Of a stretch of DNA of 15,805 nt, positions 1-8,474 are shown in pieces; the first letter of the stretch is position 1; each line of letters begins with the position of its first letter. The notes beneath the pieces are model-generated. The model did not search any database. It was not told the origin of the DNA and saw nothing but the letters and a program-made list of their open reading frames with translations. Made by a program: the position numbers and the translations under genes. The stretch comes from Hadesarchaea archaeon (GTDB taxonomy: Archaea > Hadarchaeota > Hadarchaeia > Hadarchaeales > Hadarchaeaceae). Location: the NCBI GenBank assembly GCA_030619825.1, contig JAUXAS010000012.1, forward strand, positions 1-15,805, read 5' to 3'.

Positions 1-1585
1 CAACTGATTCATGATGAAGATCTTGAGTCCCCGAGCGCACCTTGAACAACGATCGCGGAAAATCAGCAAGCTTCATTATCGGCTGTACTACTTTTGACCC
101 ATGTTTCCATTTGTAATAGAGCATGTACAGGAACATCGAACCCATAGCAATTTTTCCCTGCTTATCGGGGGCCCAGAGTTTTATGTTGTGCTTCCAGCAT
201 GTTGCAAAGAAATCCCAGTGCAAATCTGTTAGATGGCGTAAATCTGCCTGTCTCGCATTGCTCAACAGACATTCCTCCTCAGATGTGAAAAATAGTGGAA
301 CGTAAAACAATTTCGCTTCCTTCAACTTATCCACGAGCTCGATCGTCGCAAGCGTGTCTTTTTCCCTCTCGCCAGGCAGACCGACAACAAGCGTCGCCAG
401 TGGACAAATGTCGTTATCGTTGAGGATGCCAACTGCTTGAGTAACCACTTCGCACCAGTCTTTTGATTCATACGGCAGCGCCTTGCCTTGCATGTGTTTT
501 TTAATCAACTTTACGCTTCCAGTTTCTATCCCAACTTCAACCGAAGCCACCCTTCTTCCATTGTATCTCCATCTGCCTTTTTCCACGAGCGTCGGCGCGA
601 TTTCTTCAATCATTTTCGGATTGTGTGCAACTGGAGGGAGAGCGGCATGCGCAAACTGCAAGTACTCAATGTTCGGTATTTTACCAATTGTTTCTATCAA
701 CTCGACGATAGCTTGCTTGTTAGGGGCGAATCGCTCGCCGCATTTATAGAGAAACATGTCATCTGTCTGCAGCATGATCATTCTCGAACCTGCACGCGCG
801 TTGAGTTCCGCTTCCTTTTTAATTTTTTCTAGGGGGAACGAATATCTCGTCCGCATTGTAGGCGAACAGAACTGGCATCCCCTGCCGCAGCCCCGGGTTA
901 TCTCGACCACGCCAAATAGCGCCGGTTTTTTTATCGTTGGGATATCATCTAGCTTCGGCTTCTCCGTTTCGACGACCTTTGGTAGTGATTCGCCATTCAT
1001 CGCCTTTTTGAATATTTCTAACGCGGAGCGGTCACCCTCCCCTATTATCACCGTGTTTATCCCATACTCCTCCTGCATGTTTCCCCTGACGATTTGCCAA
1101 GCGCCAGAACCTCCAACTATGAGTTTAGCCCCATATCTTTTCCAAATGCGGCGTTTCATCAAATTTCTAAACTCAGCTGCCGCGAGGGGTTCACTACCAA
1201 AACCCACCAGCGAAGTGTAAGTTCGGCTGACAAACCCGATACCCAATGGATCCATCGTCGAGATTCCAACTGCCATTGTCTTTGGGCCCACAAATTTGCT
1301 GAGATTATGTGGAGCGCAGGTCACAACATTATTTTCCCCAAATTCCTCAATCAATAGGGCCTCTATTTTCCTCAATCCATAGGGGGCGAAGAGGGCGCTA
1401 CCGTCATCATTGTTGGGTATCATCGGATACCAGTATTTCCTCAAAATTTTTATTGGGATTATTTTTGACGGAAAACCCCCTGTGAACGCGATGAAGGGAT
1501 TCAAATTAAAATCACTCATTTCCATTACAGAAGCAGTCAGCACGATCGGCACGCCGCCGGTATATGGTTCATTAGCGCTAATCAA
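1..1585 (-). CDS. B12-binding-domain/radical SAM protein, GDGT ring synthase (GrsA/GrsB)-like family; 3' end runs off the window
   Basis: Hand translation of a minus frame open to the left edge (about 528 codons, not in the ORF track): ...GVPIVLTASVMEMSDF...APYGLRKIEA (1387-1358)...LIVGGSGAWQ...VIIGEGD...VEITRG-CGRGCQFC (CxxxCxxC, 889-866)...VEVGIETGS (541-515)...TLVVGLPGE...FYVPLFF. Start is uncertain: TTG 1639, TTG 1585 or GTG 1552; an in-frame TGA lies at 1645-1643. The radical SAM call is firm; the Grs subfamily call is recalled resemblance only. Confidence 0.88.
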   Translation of the reverse strand, partial: MISANEPYTGGVPIVLTASVMEMSDFNLNPFIAFTGGFPSKIIPIKILRKYWYPMIPNNDDGSALFAPYGLRKIEALLIEEFGENNVVTCAPHNLSKFVGPKTMAVGISTMDPLGIGFVSRTYTSLVGFGSEPLAAAEFRNLMKRRIWKRYGAKLIVGGSGAWQIVRGNMQEEYGINTVIIGEGDRSALEIFKKAMNGESLPKVVETEKPKLDDIPTIKKPALFGVVEITRGCGRGCQFCSPTMRTRYSFPLEKIKKEAELNARAGSRMIMLQTDDMFLYKCGERFAPNKQAIVELIETIGKIPNIEYLQFAHAALPPVAHNPKMIEEIAPTLVEKGRWRYNGRRVASVEVGIETGSVKLIKKHMQGKALPYESKDWCEVVTQAVGILNDNDICPLATLVVGLPGEREKDTLATIELVDKLKEAKLFYVPLFFTSEEECLLSNARQADLRHLTDLHWDFFATCWKHNIKLWAPDKQGKIAMGSMFLYMLYYKWKHGSKVVQPIMKLADFPRSLFKVRSGTQDLHHESV

Positions 1586-1673
1586 AGTATTTTGCTTTAG
1601 AAATTTGCCAAGCGGTATGAAACTACTGCCCCAAACCAAGTGTCAGCCCCCACGACCACACTGTAATTAAGCG

Positions 1674-1688
1674 TTTTTAAAGCTTCCC
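1674..1688 (-). promoter_or_regulatory. Putative archaeal BRE/TATA promoter for the radical SAM gene
   Basis: Minus strand reads GGGAAGC-TTTAAAAA, a purine-rich BRE-like stretch followed by a TATA-like box, in the atpB/radical SAM intergenic region. It predicts a transcription start near 1650. Confidence 0.5.
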
Positions 1689-1724
1689 AGAAATTGCGGT
1701 AATTTGCTTTCGTTTTGTTTAAGG

Positions 1725-3104
1725 TCAACTCCGAGGATGTAGGTACTTCTCGATGAACTTCGGGTCGACCCGCTTCAGCTCGGTCGTGGGCAGTGGGCGC
1801 AGGAGTTCCCACCCCAGGTCGAGCGTGGTCTCGATCGATCGGTCTTCGTCTCGCCGTTGGTTCACGAATTCTCGCTCGAAGCGGTCGGCAAAACTCAAGT
1901 AGCGGCGGTCTCGCTCGGTCAGCGCCTCCTCCCCGACGACCGCAACCAACGCTCGAAGGTCCTTACCCTCAGCATAAGCCGCGTAGAGTTGGTTTGAGAC
2001 ATCACTGTGATCCTCCCGTGTGTGTCCCTCACCTATCCCATCCTTCATGAGCCTCGAGAGCGATGGCAGAACGTTTAGCGGCGGGTAGATCCCTTTGCGG
2101 TGGAGCTCGCGGTCCATGACGAGCTGCCCTTCGGTGATGTAGCCCGTGAGGTCGGGAATTGGGTGGGTGATGTCGTCACCCGGCATGGTCAAGATTGGCA
2201 TTTGGGTCACCGAGCCCTTCTTTTTCTTTATCCTTCCGGCACGCTCGTACATCGTCGCAAGGTCCGTGTACAAGTAGCCGGGATAGCCCCGCCTTCCCGG
2301 TACCTCGCTTCGGGCGGCGGAAATCTCTCGCAGGGCTTCGCAGTAGTTCGTCATGTCGACCAAGATGACCAGCACATGCATCCCTTGGGTGAACGCGAAG
2401 TACTCGGCAGTCGTCAGGGCCAGGCGTGGCGTGAGGATGCGCTCGATCGCTGGGTCGCTCGCGAGGTTCAAAAAGACTGTTGCCCGCTCGAGTGCGCCAG
2501 TTCGCTCGAAGTCGTGCGTGAAGAATGCGGCCTCCTCGTGTGTTATTCCCATCCCGCAAAAAACCACGGAGAACTTCTCCTCCTCGCCGATCACCTTCGC
2601 CTGCCTGGCGATTTGCGCGGCGAGCTCGTTGTGGGGAAGGCCTGAGCCCGAGAAGATGGGTAACTTTTGACCCCGGACGAGCGTGTTCATGCCGTCGATG
2701 GATGATACGCCGGTCTGGATGAATTCGCTAGGGTACTCCCGTGCCGCAGGATTTATCGGGGCCCCGTGTACATCCCACTCGTCCTCGAAAATCGGCTTTG
2801 GCCCGCCATCTATAGGCTCACCACGTCCGCTAAAAATTCTGCCGAGCAACTCAGCCCCGACGCCGAACTTGATGGTTTCACCCGTGAAGCGAACGCGGGT
2901 TTTTAGGGTGTCGATGCCGCTCGTGCCCTCGTAGACCTGCACCACAGCGCGATCTTCGTAGGCGTCCAGCACTTGCCCGTGTTTTGTCTCCCCATCGGGA
3001 GTGGTCACCTCGACGACCTCCCCGTAGGCGACGCCGCTCACGCCATCAACTATCATCAGCGGGCCAGAAACTTCAGTGACAGTTAAATATTCGCGGCTCT
3101 TCAC
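1725..3104 (-). CDS. atpB: A1Ao/V-type ATP synthase subunit B (non-catalytic)
   Basis: Motifs [96 protein letters not shown]. Start placed at GTG 3104 (MKSREY...), just after the atpA stop; in-frame GTGs at 3119 and 3128 are alternatives. Confidence 0.97.
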   Translation of the reverse strand: MKSREYLTVTEVSGPLMIVDGVSGVAYGEVVEVTTPDGETKHGQVLDAYEDRAVVQVYEGTSGIDTLKTRVRFTGETIKFGVGAELLGRIFSGRGEPIDGGPKPIFEDEWDVHGAPINPAAREYPSEFIQTGVSSIDGMNTLVRGQKLPIFSGSGLPHNELAAQIARQAKVIGEEEKFSVVFCGMGITHEEAAFFTHDFERTGALERATVFLNLASDPAIERILTPRLALTTAEYFAFTQGMHVLVILVDMTNYCEALREISAARSEVPGRRGYPGYLYTDLATMYERAGRIKKKKGSVTQMPILTMPGDDITHPIPDLTGYITEGQLVMDRELHRKGIYPPLNVLPSLSRLMKDGIGEGHTREDHSDVSNQLYAAYAEGKDLRALVAVVGEEALTERDRRYLSFADRFEREFVNQRRDEDRSIETTLDLGWELLRPLPTTELKRVDPKFIEKYLHPRS

Positions 3105-3108
3105 GGCA

Positions 3109-4896
3109 TCACTTTTCACCCTTCTCACCCTCGACTGGTGCTTTTCTCGTTCGCATCAGCTCTTCGAACTGTTCCTTGAGTTCTTTTTCAAACTTCTCCT
3201 GCTCTTTCATGAACCTCTCGGGGGGGATCCGCTTCATGCCCGCGATGGTCTCCTTGATCGGCAGCTTTTTGATCTCCCCGACCGAGATGCCCCGCCGTGC
3301 TGCTTCCACGGAGTTACGATAAAAATCGAGCACGAGCTTGAGCATCCCGAATTGCTTTTCAACAGGGCAGTGTGTGTCGACCGCGTGGAAGGCGAACTGT
3401 TGGAGGAAGTCCTCTCGCATCATCCGCGCGGCCTCGAGCACGGCTCGCTCTGGCTCGGGGAGGGCATCGGGTCCCACGAGCTTCACGATTTCTTCGAGCT
3501 CGGCTTCCTTCTGGAGCATGGCGATCGATTCGTCGCGCAGGACCTTCCAGTCCTCGCCGAGCTTTTCTTTCCACCACTCGCGGACGTTGTCGACGTAGAG
3601 TGAGTAGCTATTGAGCCAGTGGATAGCTGGGAAGTGGCGCCGGTCGGCCAGCCCAGTATCGAGCGCCCAGAAAACCTTGACAATGCGAAGCGTGTTTTGC
3701 GAAACGGGCTCCGAGAGGTCGCCTCCGGGCGGGGAGACGGCACCGAGCACCGTTACGGAGCCGAAGCGCTCATCGCTGCCGAGCGTCCGCACTCGGCCGG
3801 CTCGCTCGTAGAACTCCGCCAGCCTCGAGGCGAGGTAAGCGGGGAAGCCCTCTTCTCCTGGCATCTCCTCCAGCCGCCCGGAAATCTCACGCATCGCCTC
3901 GGCCCATCGTGAGGTGGAGTCAGCCATGAGTGCTACATCGTAGCCCATGTCTCGGAAGTACTCAGCGATGGTTATTCCCGTGTAGACGCTTGCCTCTCGC
4001 GCGGCCACGGGCATGTTTGAGGTGTTAGCGATAAGTGTGGTTCGCTCCATCAGCGACTCGCCCGTGCGGGGGTCCTTCAGCTCGGGGAAGTGCACTAGCA
4101 CATCGCACATTTCGTTTCCACGTTCACCGCAGCCCACATAGGTGACAATATCAGCATCAGCCCACTTCGCAACTTGATGTAAGAAAACGGTTTTTCCCGT
4201 CCCGAAACCTCCTGGAATCGCAACCGTCCCGCCCTTCGCGATCGGGAAAAATGTATCGGCCACGCGCTGACCGGTTAAAAGTGGTTTGTCCGGGTCAAAC
4301 TTCTCCTTAAATGGCCTCGCCCGCCGCACCGGCCATTTTTGCATCATCGCAACCTCTCGCTTGCCGTCAGCGGTCTCGATAGTGGCGATAATATCCTCGA
4401 CTCTTAACCCACCATCCGCGAGTTCTAGGATCCTTCCGTTGACGCCAGGAGGGACTAAAATTCGATGTTCGACGAGCTTGCTCTCCTTGATGGCCCCGAT
4501 CACATCACCCTCGACGACCTCCGCGCCTTGCTTGACCTTTGGCACGAACTCCCACTTCTTATCACGCGGCAGAGCATGGGCGAAGACGCCTCGCTTTATC
4601 ATGTCCCCTATTTTCGTTCGGATGATCGTGAGCGGTCGCTGCGTGCCGTCATAGATCGCGCCGATGAGCCCAGGTCCGAGCTCTACAGAGAGTGGGTTTC
4701 CAGTACCTTCGACTTTCTCACCCGGTTTTATGCCCGAGGTCTCCTCGTACACCTGAATCGTCGCGCGATCCTCGGTCAGGCCGATTATCTCCCCCATCAG
4801 GCCCTCTTCGCTGACCTTGACGAGCTCATACATCTCCGAGCCTTTCATACCATCAGCGATAACCACGGGCCCCGTGATTCGGACGATTTTTCCCAA
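3109..4896 (-). CDS. atpA: A1Ao/V-type ATP synthase subunit A (catalytic), no intein
   Basis: Walker A GGFGTGKT, plus [66 protein letters not shown] and [14 protein letters not shown]. Likely start is TTG 4896 ([12 protein letters not shown]), 5 nt after SD-like GGGGTG; the ORF track extends to 4935. Confidence 0.98.
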   Translation of the reverse strand: MGKIVRITGPVVIADGMKGSEMYELVKVSEEGLMGEIIGLTEDRATIQVYEETSGIKPGEKVEGTGNPLSVELGPGLIGAIYDGTQRPLTIIRTKIGDMIKRGVFAHALPRDKKWEFVPKVKQGAEVVEGDVIGAIKESKLVEHRILVPPGVNGRILELADGGLRVEDIIATIETADGKREVAMMQKWPVRRARPFKEKFDPDKPLLTGQRVADTFFPIAKGGTVAIPGGFGTGKTVFLHQVAKWADADIVTYVGCGERGNEMCDVLVHFPELKDPRTGESLMERTTLIANTSNMPVAAREASVYTGITIAEYFRDMGYDVALMADSTSRWAEAMREISGRLEEMPGEEGFPAYLASRLAEFYERAGRVRTLGSDERFGSVTVLGAVSPPGGDLSEPVSQNTLRIVKVFWALDTGLADRRHFPAIHWLNSYSLYVDNVREWWKEKLGEDWKVLRDESIAMLQKEAELEEIVKLVGPDALPEPERAVLEAARMMREDFLQQFAFHAVDTHCPVEKQFGMLKLVLDFYRNSVEAARRGISVGEIKKLPIKETIAGMKRIPPERFMKEQEKFEKELKEQFEELMRTRKAPVEGEKGEK

Positions 4897-5000
4897 TCGA
4901 ACACCCCGAACTCCAGCTATGATTAGTGTCTTCACTTTTATGAATATCTCTTAAAATCAGAACTTTTATGAATACCACTTCTAATTAATTTAGGCGCTGG
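4897..5000. promoter_or_regulatory. Divergent promoter region between atpAB and atpHIKECFD
   Basis: AT-rich spacer between head-to-head genes. TATA-like TTTTATGA on + at 4964-4971 (about 30 nt before ATG 5001); TTTTAAGA (4956-4949) and TTCATAAA on the minus strand. Confidence 0.65.
4934..4974. repeat. Perfect 13-bp direct repeat ACTTTTATGAATA x2
   Basis: Copies at 4934-4946 and 4962-4974 (28-bp period), read directly from the sequence. Confidence 0.9.
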
Positions 5001-5324
5001 ATGGTGGAGCTAGTGGTCGAGGAAAGTCTTCGCGCGATCTTCGAGGCTGAGAAAAAGGCTAGGGAGCAGGTGGAAGCGGCGCAACGAGAAGCTGCGGCGA
5101 TCCTCGAATCCGCTCGAAAGGAAGTGGAGAAACTAAAGGAGAGCACAAAGGTTGGGGCAAAATCAAAGGGTGAAAAAGTAATCGAGGAATCAAGGAAAAA
5201 GGCAGAGGCAGATGTACAGGAGCTGCTGAAGAAAAATCGCAGACAGACCCAAGCGATGGAGCGAAAAGCTAGGGCGAGGCACACGGAGGCGATTGAGCTC
5301 GTTCTGGATGTCATCATCAGGTGA
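5001..5324 (+). CDS. atpH: A1Ao ATP synthase subunit H (peripheral stalk, G-like)
   Basis: 107-aa E/K/A/R-rich coiled coil (EESLRAIFEAEKKAREQVEAAQREAAAILESAR) directly upstream of subunit I, the canonical position. GTG 5013 after GGTGGA is an alternative start. Confidence 0.85.
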   Translation: MVELVVEESLRAIFEAEKKAREQVEAAQREAAAILESARKEVEKLKESTKVGAKSKGEKVIEESRKKAEADVQELLKKNRRQTQAMERKARARHTEAIELVLDVIIR

Positions 5325-5328
5325 CCTC

Positions 5329-7359
5329 ATGTTCAAAACGGCTCGGATGCAGAAGTTTAGGGTAATCTTCCTCCAACAAGCGCACGACAGCGTCGTGGCC
5401 GGGCTGCACGAGGCCGGCGTGGTCCAGCTGAAGGAGATCACGGAGCTGGAGGTCGCTCGGAGGGCGGTGGGGGAGGAGATGTATGAGCGCTCATCGTTGC
5501 TCGCAAAATTCAGGGAGATGCAGGAGTTTCTCGGACCATCACGTAAGCCGGTTGAGGTTAATGAGCTCACCTACGCACAAACCCTGGAGAGGGCAAAAAA
5601 GCTCCTCGAAGGGCTCGAGCCGAGGTTAAGTGCATTGAAGGCAAAAAGCGAGGAACTCGATAAGGAGAGACAAGAGCTGCTCGCCCAAATGGAGCTGCTC
5701 AAAAACTTCAGAGAAATAGAATTTTCGCTGAACTACCTTCGATCGACGGATGAAATCCGGATTACGGTAGGGTGGATCGCAGAGGAGCGGGTGCGAGAGT
5801 TCTCGGACGCGGCGAGGGAAATATTAGGACAAAAGGTTTTTGTGGTGGCGTTTGGGGAGGGCAAGCGAAAGATTTTGATTGCCGCCTGCCGCGCGAGAGA
5901 TCAGCAGAAGCTCTTACCCATGCTCTATAGGTTTGAGATAGAGCTTTTGGAGATTCCACGTATCCCGAGAACCCCACGGGAGGCGATCAAAGAACTTGAA
6001 AAGCAACTGGAGGGGCTTGCTAAGGAACGGGCTGATTTCGAGGGGAAAAGGAAGAATCTCGCCAAAGCTAGGGCGGGAGAAGTGAGCACGCTCCTCGAAC
6101 TCCTTGGGATTCAGATGGAACGCTTGGGGTGTGCTGGGCTCTTTGGCTACACCGACGCCACCGTGGTCATCGAAGGCTGGGTGCCCAAGAAGAAGGCAGA
6201 CCTCGACCCCATACTGAATGCAGCTACGAACGGGCGGCACATCGTTCGAATTTACGAGCCCCAAAAAGTCGAGGTCGAGGTTGTTCCCATACAGATGGAA
6301 AATCCTAAGGTGGTGGAAGATTTTGAACTCATCACCGAAACTTACAGTATGCCGAGGTACGATGAGGTTGACCCCACGCCATATTTAGCGTTAACTTTTC
6401 CGCTTTTCTTCGCCCTCTGCCTGTCGGATGCTGGGTATGGAGCTTTGCTCGGGATTTTCATGGCTTCTGGCTTCTGGATTACAAAGGCATTTCCGCGGAG
6501 GTTAAGGACGATTTTAATAGTGAGTGCGATATTCACCGTTGTGATTGGTGCTCTGATCGGGGGATGGTTTGGGGGATTTTTTGGGTATGCTGGTCCGCTG
6601 TGGGTCGACCCTCTCAAAAATCCCATACCCATCCTGAAGCTAGCAGTGTTTATAGGCATCATACACATCCTCATCGGATTCGGGGGAGCCGCTTCGGTGA
6701 AGGATGTATTCAGGAGGGATTGGAGGGACTTGGTCCTCAGAAATATCCCCCGCTTATTGATCGCGATGGGATTCTTCGGTCTGTGTTTTTGCGCACTGGG
6801 CATTGGCGTTCGTGAGTTTGGGATAGATTTTACTTTTCCAAAAATGGATCTCTTTGAAGCATTTAACCCCGTTGCATCAGCTCCGGTCATCGTCGTAGCC
6901 TTCAGGATTTTACTTTATCTTGGGTTGGGGATCGGAATGGTGGGGTCGGTGTTGATGGCTCAGGGACTGAGGGAGAGGATCAGCGGCCCGGTTAACGTTG
7001 TGTACGGCATAACCGGGTTAATCGCCGATGCAGCTTCCTACAGCAGACTCATGGCCTTAGGCATAGCCACGGGCATCATAGCGTTTTCGATAAATTATAT
7101 CCTTGCGTGGTTTTACGGCAGCTTGTCCCCCTCGCTATCGGCGATATCCAACCTTTTATTGGTGCCCTTGTTGATACTGCTGGCGTTCGTGTTCGTCGCA
7201 GCGCATTGCTTTAACATCTTCATCCAAAGCCTCGGAGCTTTCATCCACACCATGCGTTTGCACTACGTTGAATTTTTCGGGAAATTTTACGAGGGCGGTG
7301 GCGAGAAGTTTACCCCCTTTAAAGCTAAAAGGGTGTTCACCAAAGTAAAAAGGAGGTGA
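5329..7359 (+). CDS. atpI: A1Ao/V-type ATP synthase subunit I (a)
   Basis: Soluble coiled-coil N-terminal half, then EGWVP, YSMPRYDEVDPTP, SDAGYG, the essential Arg motif DAASYSRLMALG, and FIHTMRLHYVEFFGKFYEGGG. ATG 5329 follows the SD AGGTGA that overlaps the atpH stop. Confidence 0.97.
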   Translation: MFKTARMQKFRVIFLQQAHDSVVAGLHEAGVVQLKEITELEVARRAVGEEMYERSSLLAKFREMQEFLGPSRKPVEVNELTYAQTLERAKKLLEGLEPRLSALKAKSEELDKERQELLAQMELLKNFREIEFSLNYLRSTDEIRITVGWIAEERVREFSDAAREILGQKVFVVAFGEGKRKILIAACRARDQQKLLPMLYRFEIELLEIPRIPRTPREAIKELEKQLEGLAKERADFEGKRKNLAKARAGEVSTLLELLGIQMERLGCAGLFGYTDATVVIEGWVPKKKADLDPILNAATNGRHIVRIYEPQKVEVEVVPIQMENPKVVEDFELITETYSMPRYDEVDPTPYLALTFPLFFALCLSDAGYGALLGIFMASGFWITKAFPRRLRTILIVSAIFTVVIGALIGGWFGGFFGYAGPLWVDPLKNPIPILKLAVFIGIIHILIGFGGAASVKDVFRRDWRDLVLRNIPRLLIAMGFFGLCFCALGIGVREFGIDFTFPKMDLFEAFNPVASAPVIVVAFRILLYLGLGIGMVGSVLMAQGLRERISGPVNVVYGITGLIADAASYSRLMALGIATGIIAFSINYILAWFYGSLSPSLSAISNLLLVPLLILLAFVFVAAHCFNIFIQSLGAFIHTMRLHYVEFFGKFYEGGGEKFTPFKAKRVFTKVKRR

Positions 7360-7832
7360 GGAACCTGGTAGCAGAAGGAGTCTGGGTGGTGCTGGCAGCC
7401 GGTCTGGCGATAGCGATTCCAGGGATAATGTCTGGTATTGGCGTGGGCATAGCAGGCGTCGCTGCCGCTGCGGTAGCGAGCGAGGATCCTAAGAAGGCTT
7501 ACAAGGCATTCGTATTCGAGGTATTGCCTGGAACCCAAGGAATATACGGCTTCGTTGCTGGCTTTTTGATCATAATTGGTGCAGGTCTATCGGCAGGGGC
7601 TGAGGTAACAGTTCCGGTTGGTCTGGCGGTGTTGGCGGCGGCCGTTCCAGCTATCCTCCAGGGGTTCACAGCGTACCCCCAAGGATTAGTTGCTTCAGCG
7701 AGTATCACAGCGTTCGCCAAGAGGCCAGAGGTATTCGCCCCCGGTCTCATGTACACGGTGATGGTCGAGCTCTACGCTATCTTGGGGCTATTGGCGACGA
7801 TCCTTATGCTGACGTTTATAGGCGCGCTGTAG
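7356..7832 (+). CDS. atpK: A1Ao ATP synthase subunit K (c), four-TM V-type proteolipid with a single Na+-type site
   Basis: 158 aa with two hairpins: EVLPGTQGIYG in helix 2, PQG in helix 3, MVELYAILG in helix 4. Matches the E. hirae NtpK / Thermococcales c-subunit pattern. The true start may be CTG 7365. Confidence 0.96.
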   Translation: MRNLVAEGVWVVLAAGLAIAIPGIMSGIGVGIAGVAAAAVASEDPKKAYKAFVFEVLPGTQGIYGFVAGFLIIIGAGLSAGAEVTVPVGLAVLAAAVPAILQGFTAYPQGLVASASITAFAKRPEVFAPGLMYTVMVELYAILGLLATILMLTFIGAL

Positions 7833-7844
7833 GGGGGAGAGACT

Positions 7845-8474
7845 TTGCCAGCTGAGAAAGGCGCCGAGCTGATAGTCGAGGATATCGTAAAAGAGGCGAA
7901 GGAGAAGGCCGCCGAGGTAATTCGAGCAGCGAAGCGAGAGGCTGCCACGATGCTCGACGCCGCCCGCCTAGGTGCTAAAGAGGGGGAGGGGCATGAATTG
8001 AAGAAGGCGCACACTCGGGGCGAGCAAGTCTATGAAGAGGTCATGGCCGAGGGCAGGATGAGAGCGAAGAAAGACATGCTCCAAAAAAAGGAGGGGCTCA
8101 TCAGTGACGTTTTTAAAGAGGCTGAGGAGAGGCTCCAAGCGCATGTTGCTTCTGAGAGGTATAAAGAGGATCTCGCTCGAGTCGCCGTGGATGCTTGTAG
8201 AAAGCTCGGCTCCAGCGATGTAGTAGTTAAGGCAAATCCGCGGGATCTGAACCTCCTTGAGTCATTTAAAGAGCAAATGACGCGCGAGCTGAGCGGTGGC
8301 GAAAAAACCGTGAACATCTCGTTCGGTGAGCCGATTCAAGCCATCGGTGGTGTGAGGGTCGCGACACTCGATGGCAAGGTCGAGATCGATGAGACCTTCG
8401 AGGGCAGGATGCGGAGGGAATTCGAGGTCCTCAGAGTAAAAGTCGCAAAGGTTCTTTTCGAAGGGTCTGGATGA
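7845..8474 (+). CDS. atpE: A1Ao ATP synthase subunit E (peripheral stalk)
   Basis: 209 aa; N-terminal coiled coil (GAELIVEDIVKEAKEKAAEVI), C-terminal IGGVRVATLDGKVEIDETFEGRM...VAKVLF. TTG start after a G-rich SD; lies between K and C. Confidence 0.93.
   Translation: MPAEKGAELIVEDIVKEAKEKAAEVIRAAKREAATMLDAARLGAKEGEGHELKKAHTRGEQVYEEVMAEGRMRAKKDMLQKKEGLISDVFKEAEERLQAHVASERYKEDLARVAVDACRKLGSSDVVVKANPRDLNLLESFKEQMTRELSGGEKTVNISFGEPIQAIGGVRVATLDGKVEIDETFEGRMRREFEVLRVKVAKVLFEGSG

Noticed and set aside
123..1670. Plus-strand ORFs of 60-154 aa in the ORF track (123..305, 483..749, 488..832, 756..1220, 1094..1357, 1410..1670)
   Set aside because: They are antisense shadows of the continuous minus-strand radical SAM frame and have no motifs of their own.
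1597..1812. 71-aa minus ORF spanning the atpB end and the intergenic region
   Set aside because: It overlaps atpB out of frame, crosses the putative promoter, and has no recognisable features.
3105..3131. Short tandem repeat GGTGAGAAG/GGTGAAAAG encoding GEKGEK at the atpA C-terminus
   Set aside because: It is adequately explained as SD-like GGTGA sequence for atpB initiation and is too short to call a repeat element.
4180..4230. Possible intein at the AtpA Walker A site (the VMA-type insertion point)
   Set aside because: [13 protein letters not shown] is uninterrupted and the protein has normal length (about 595 aa).
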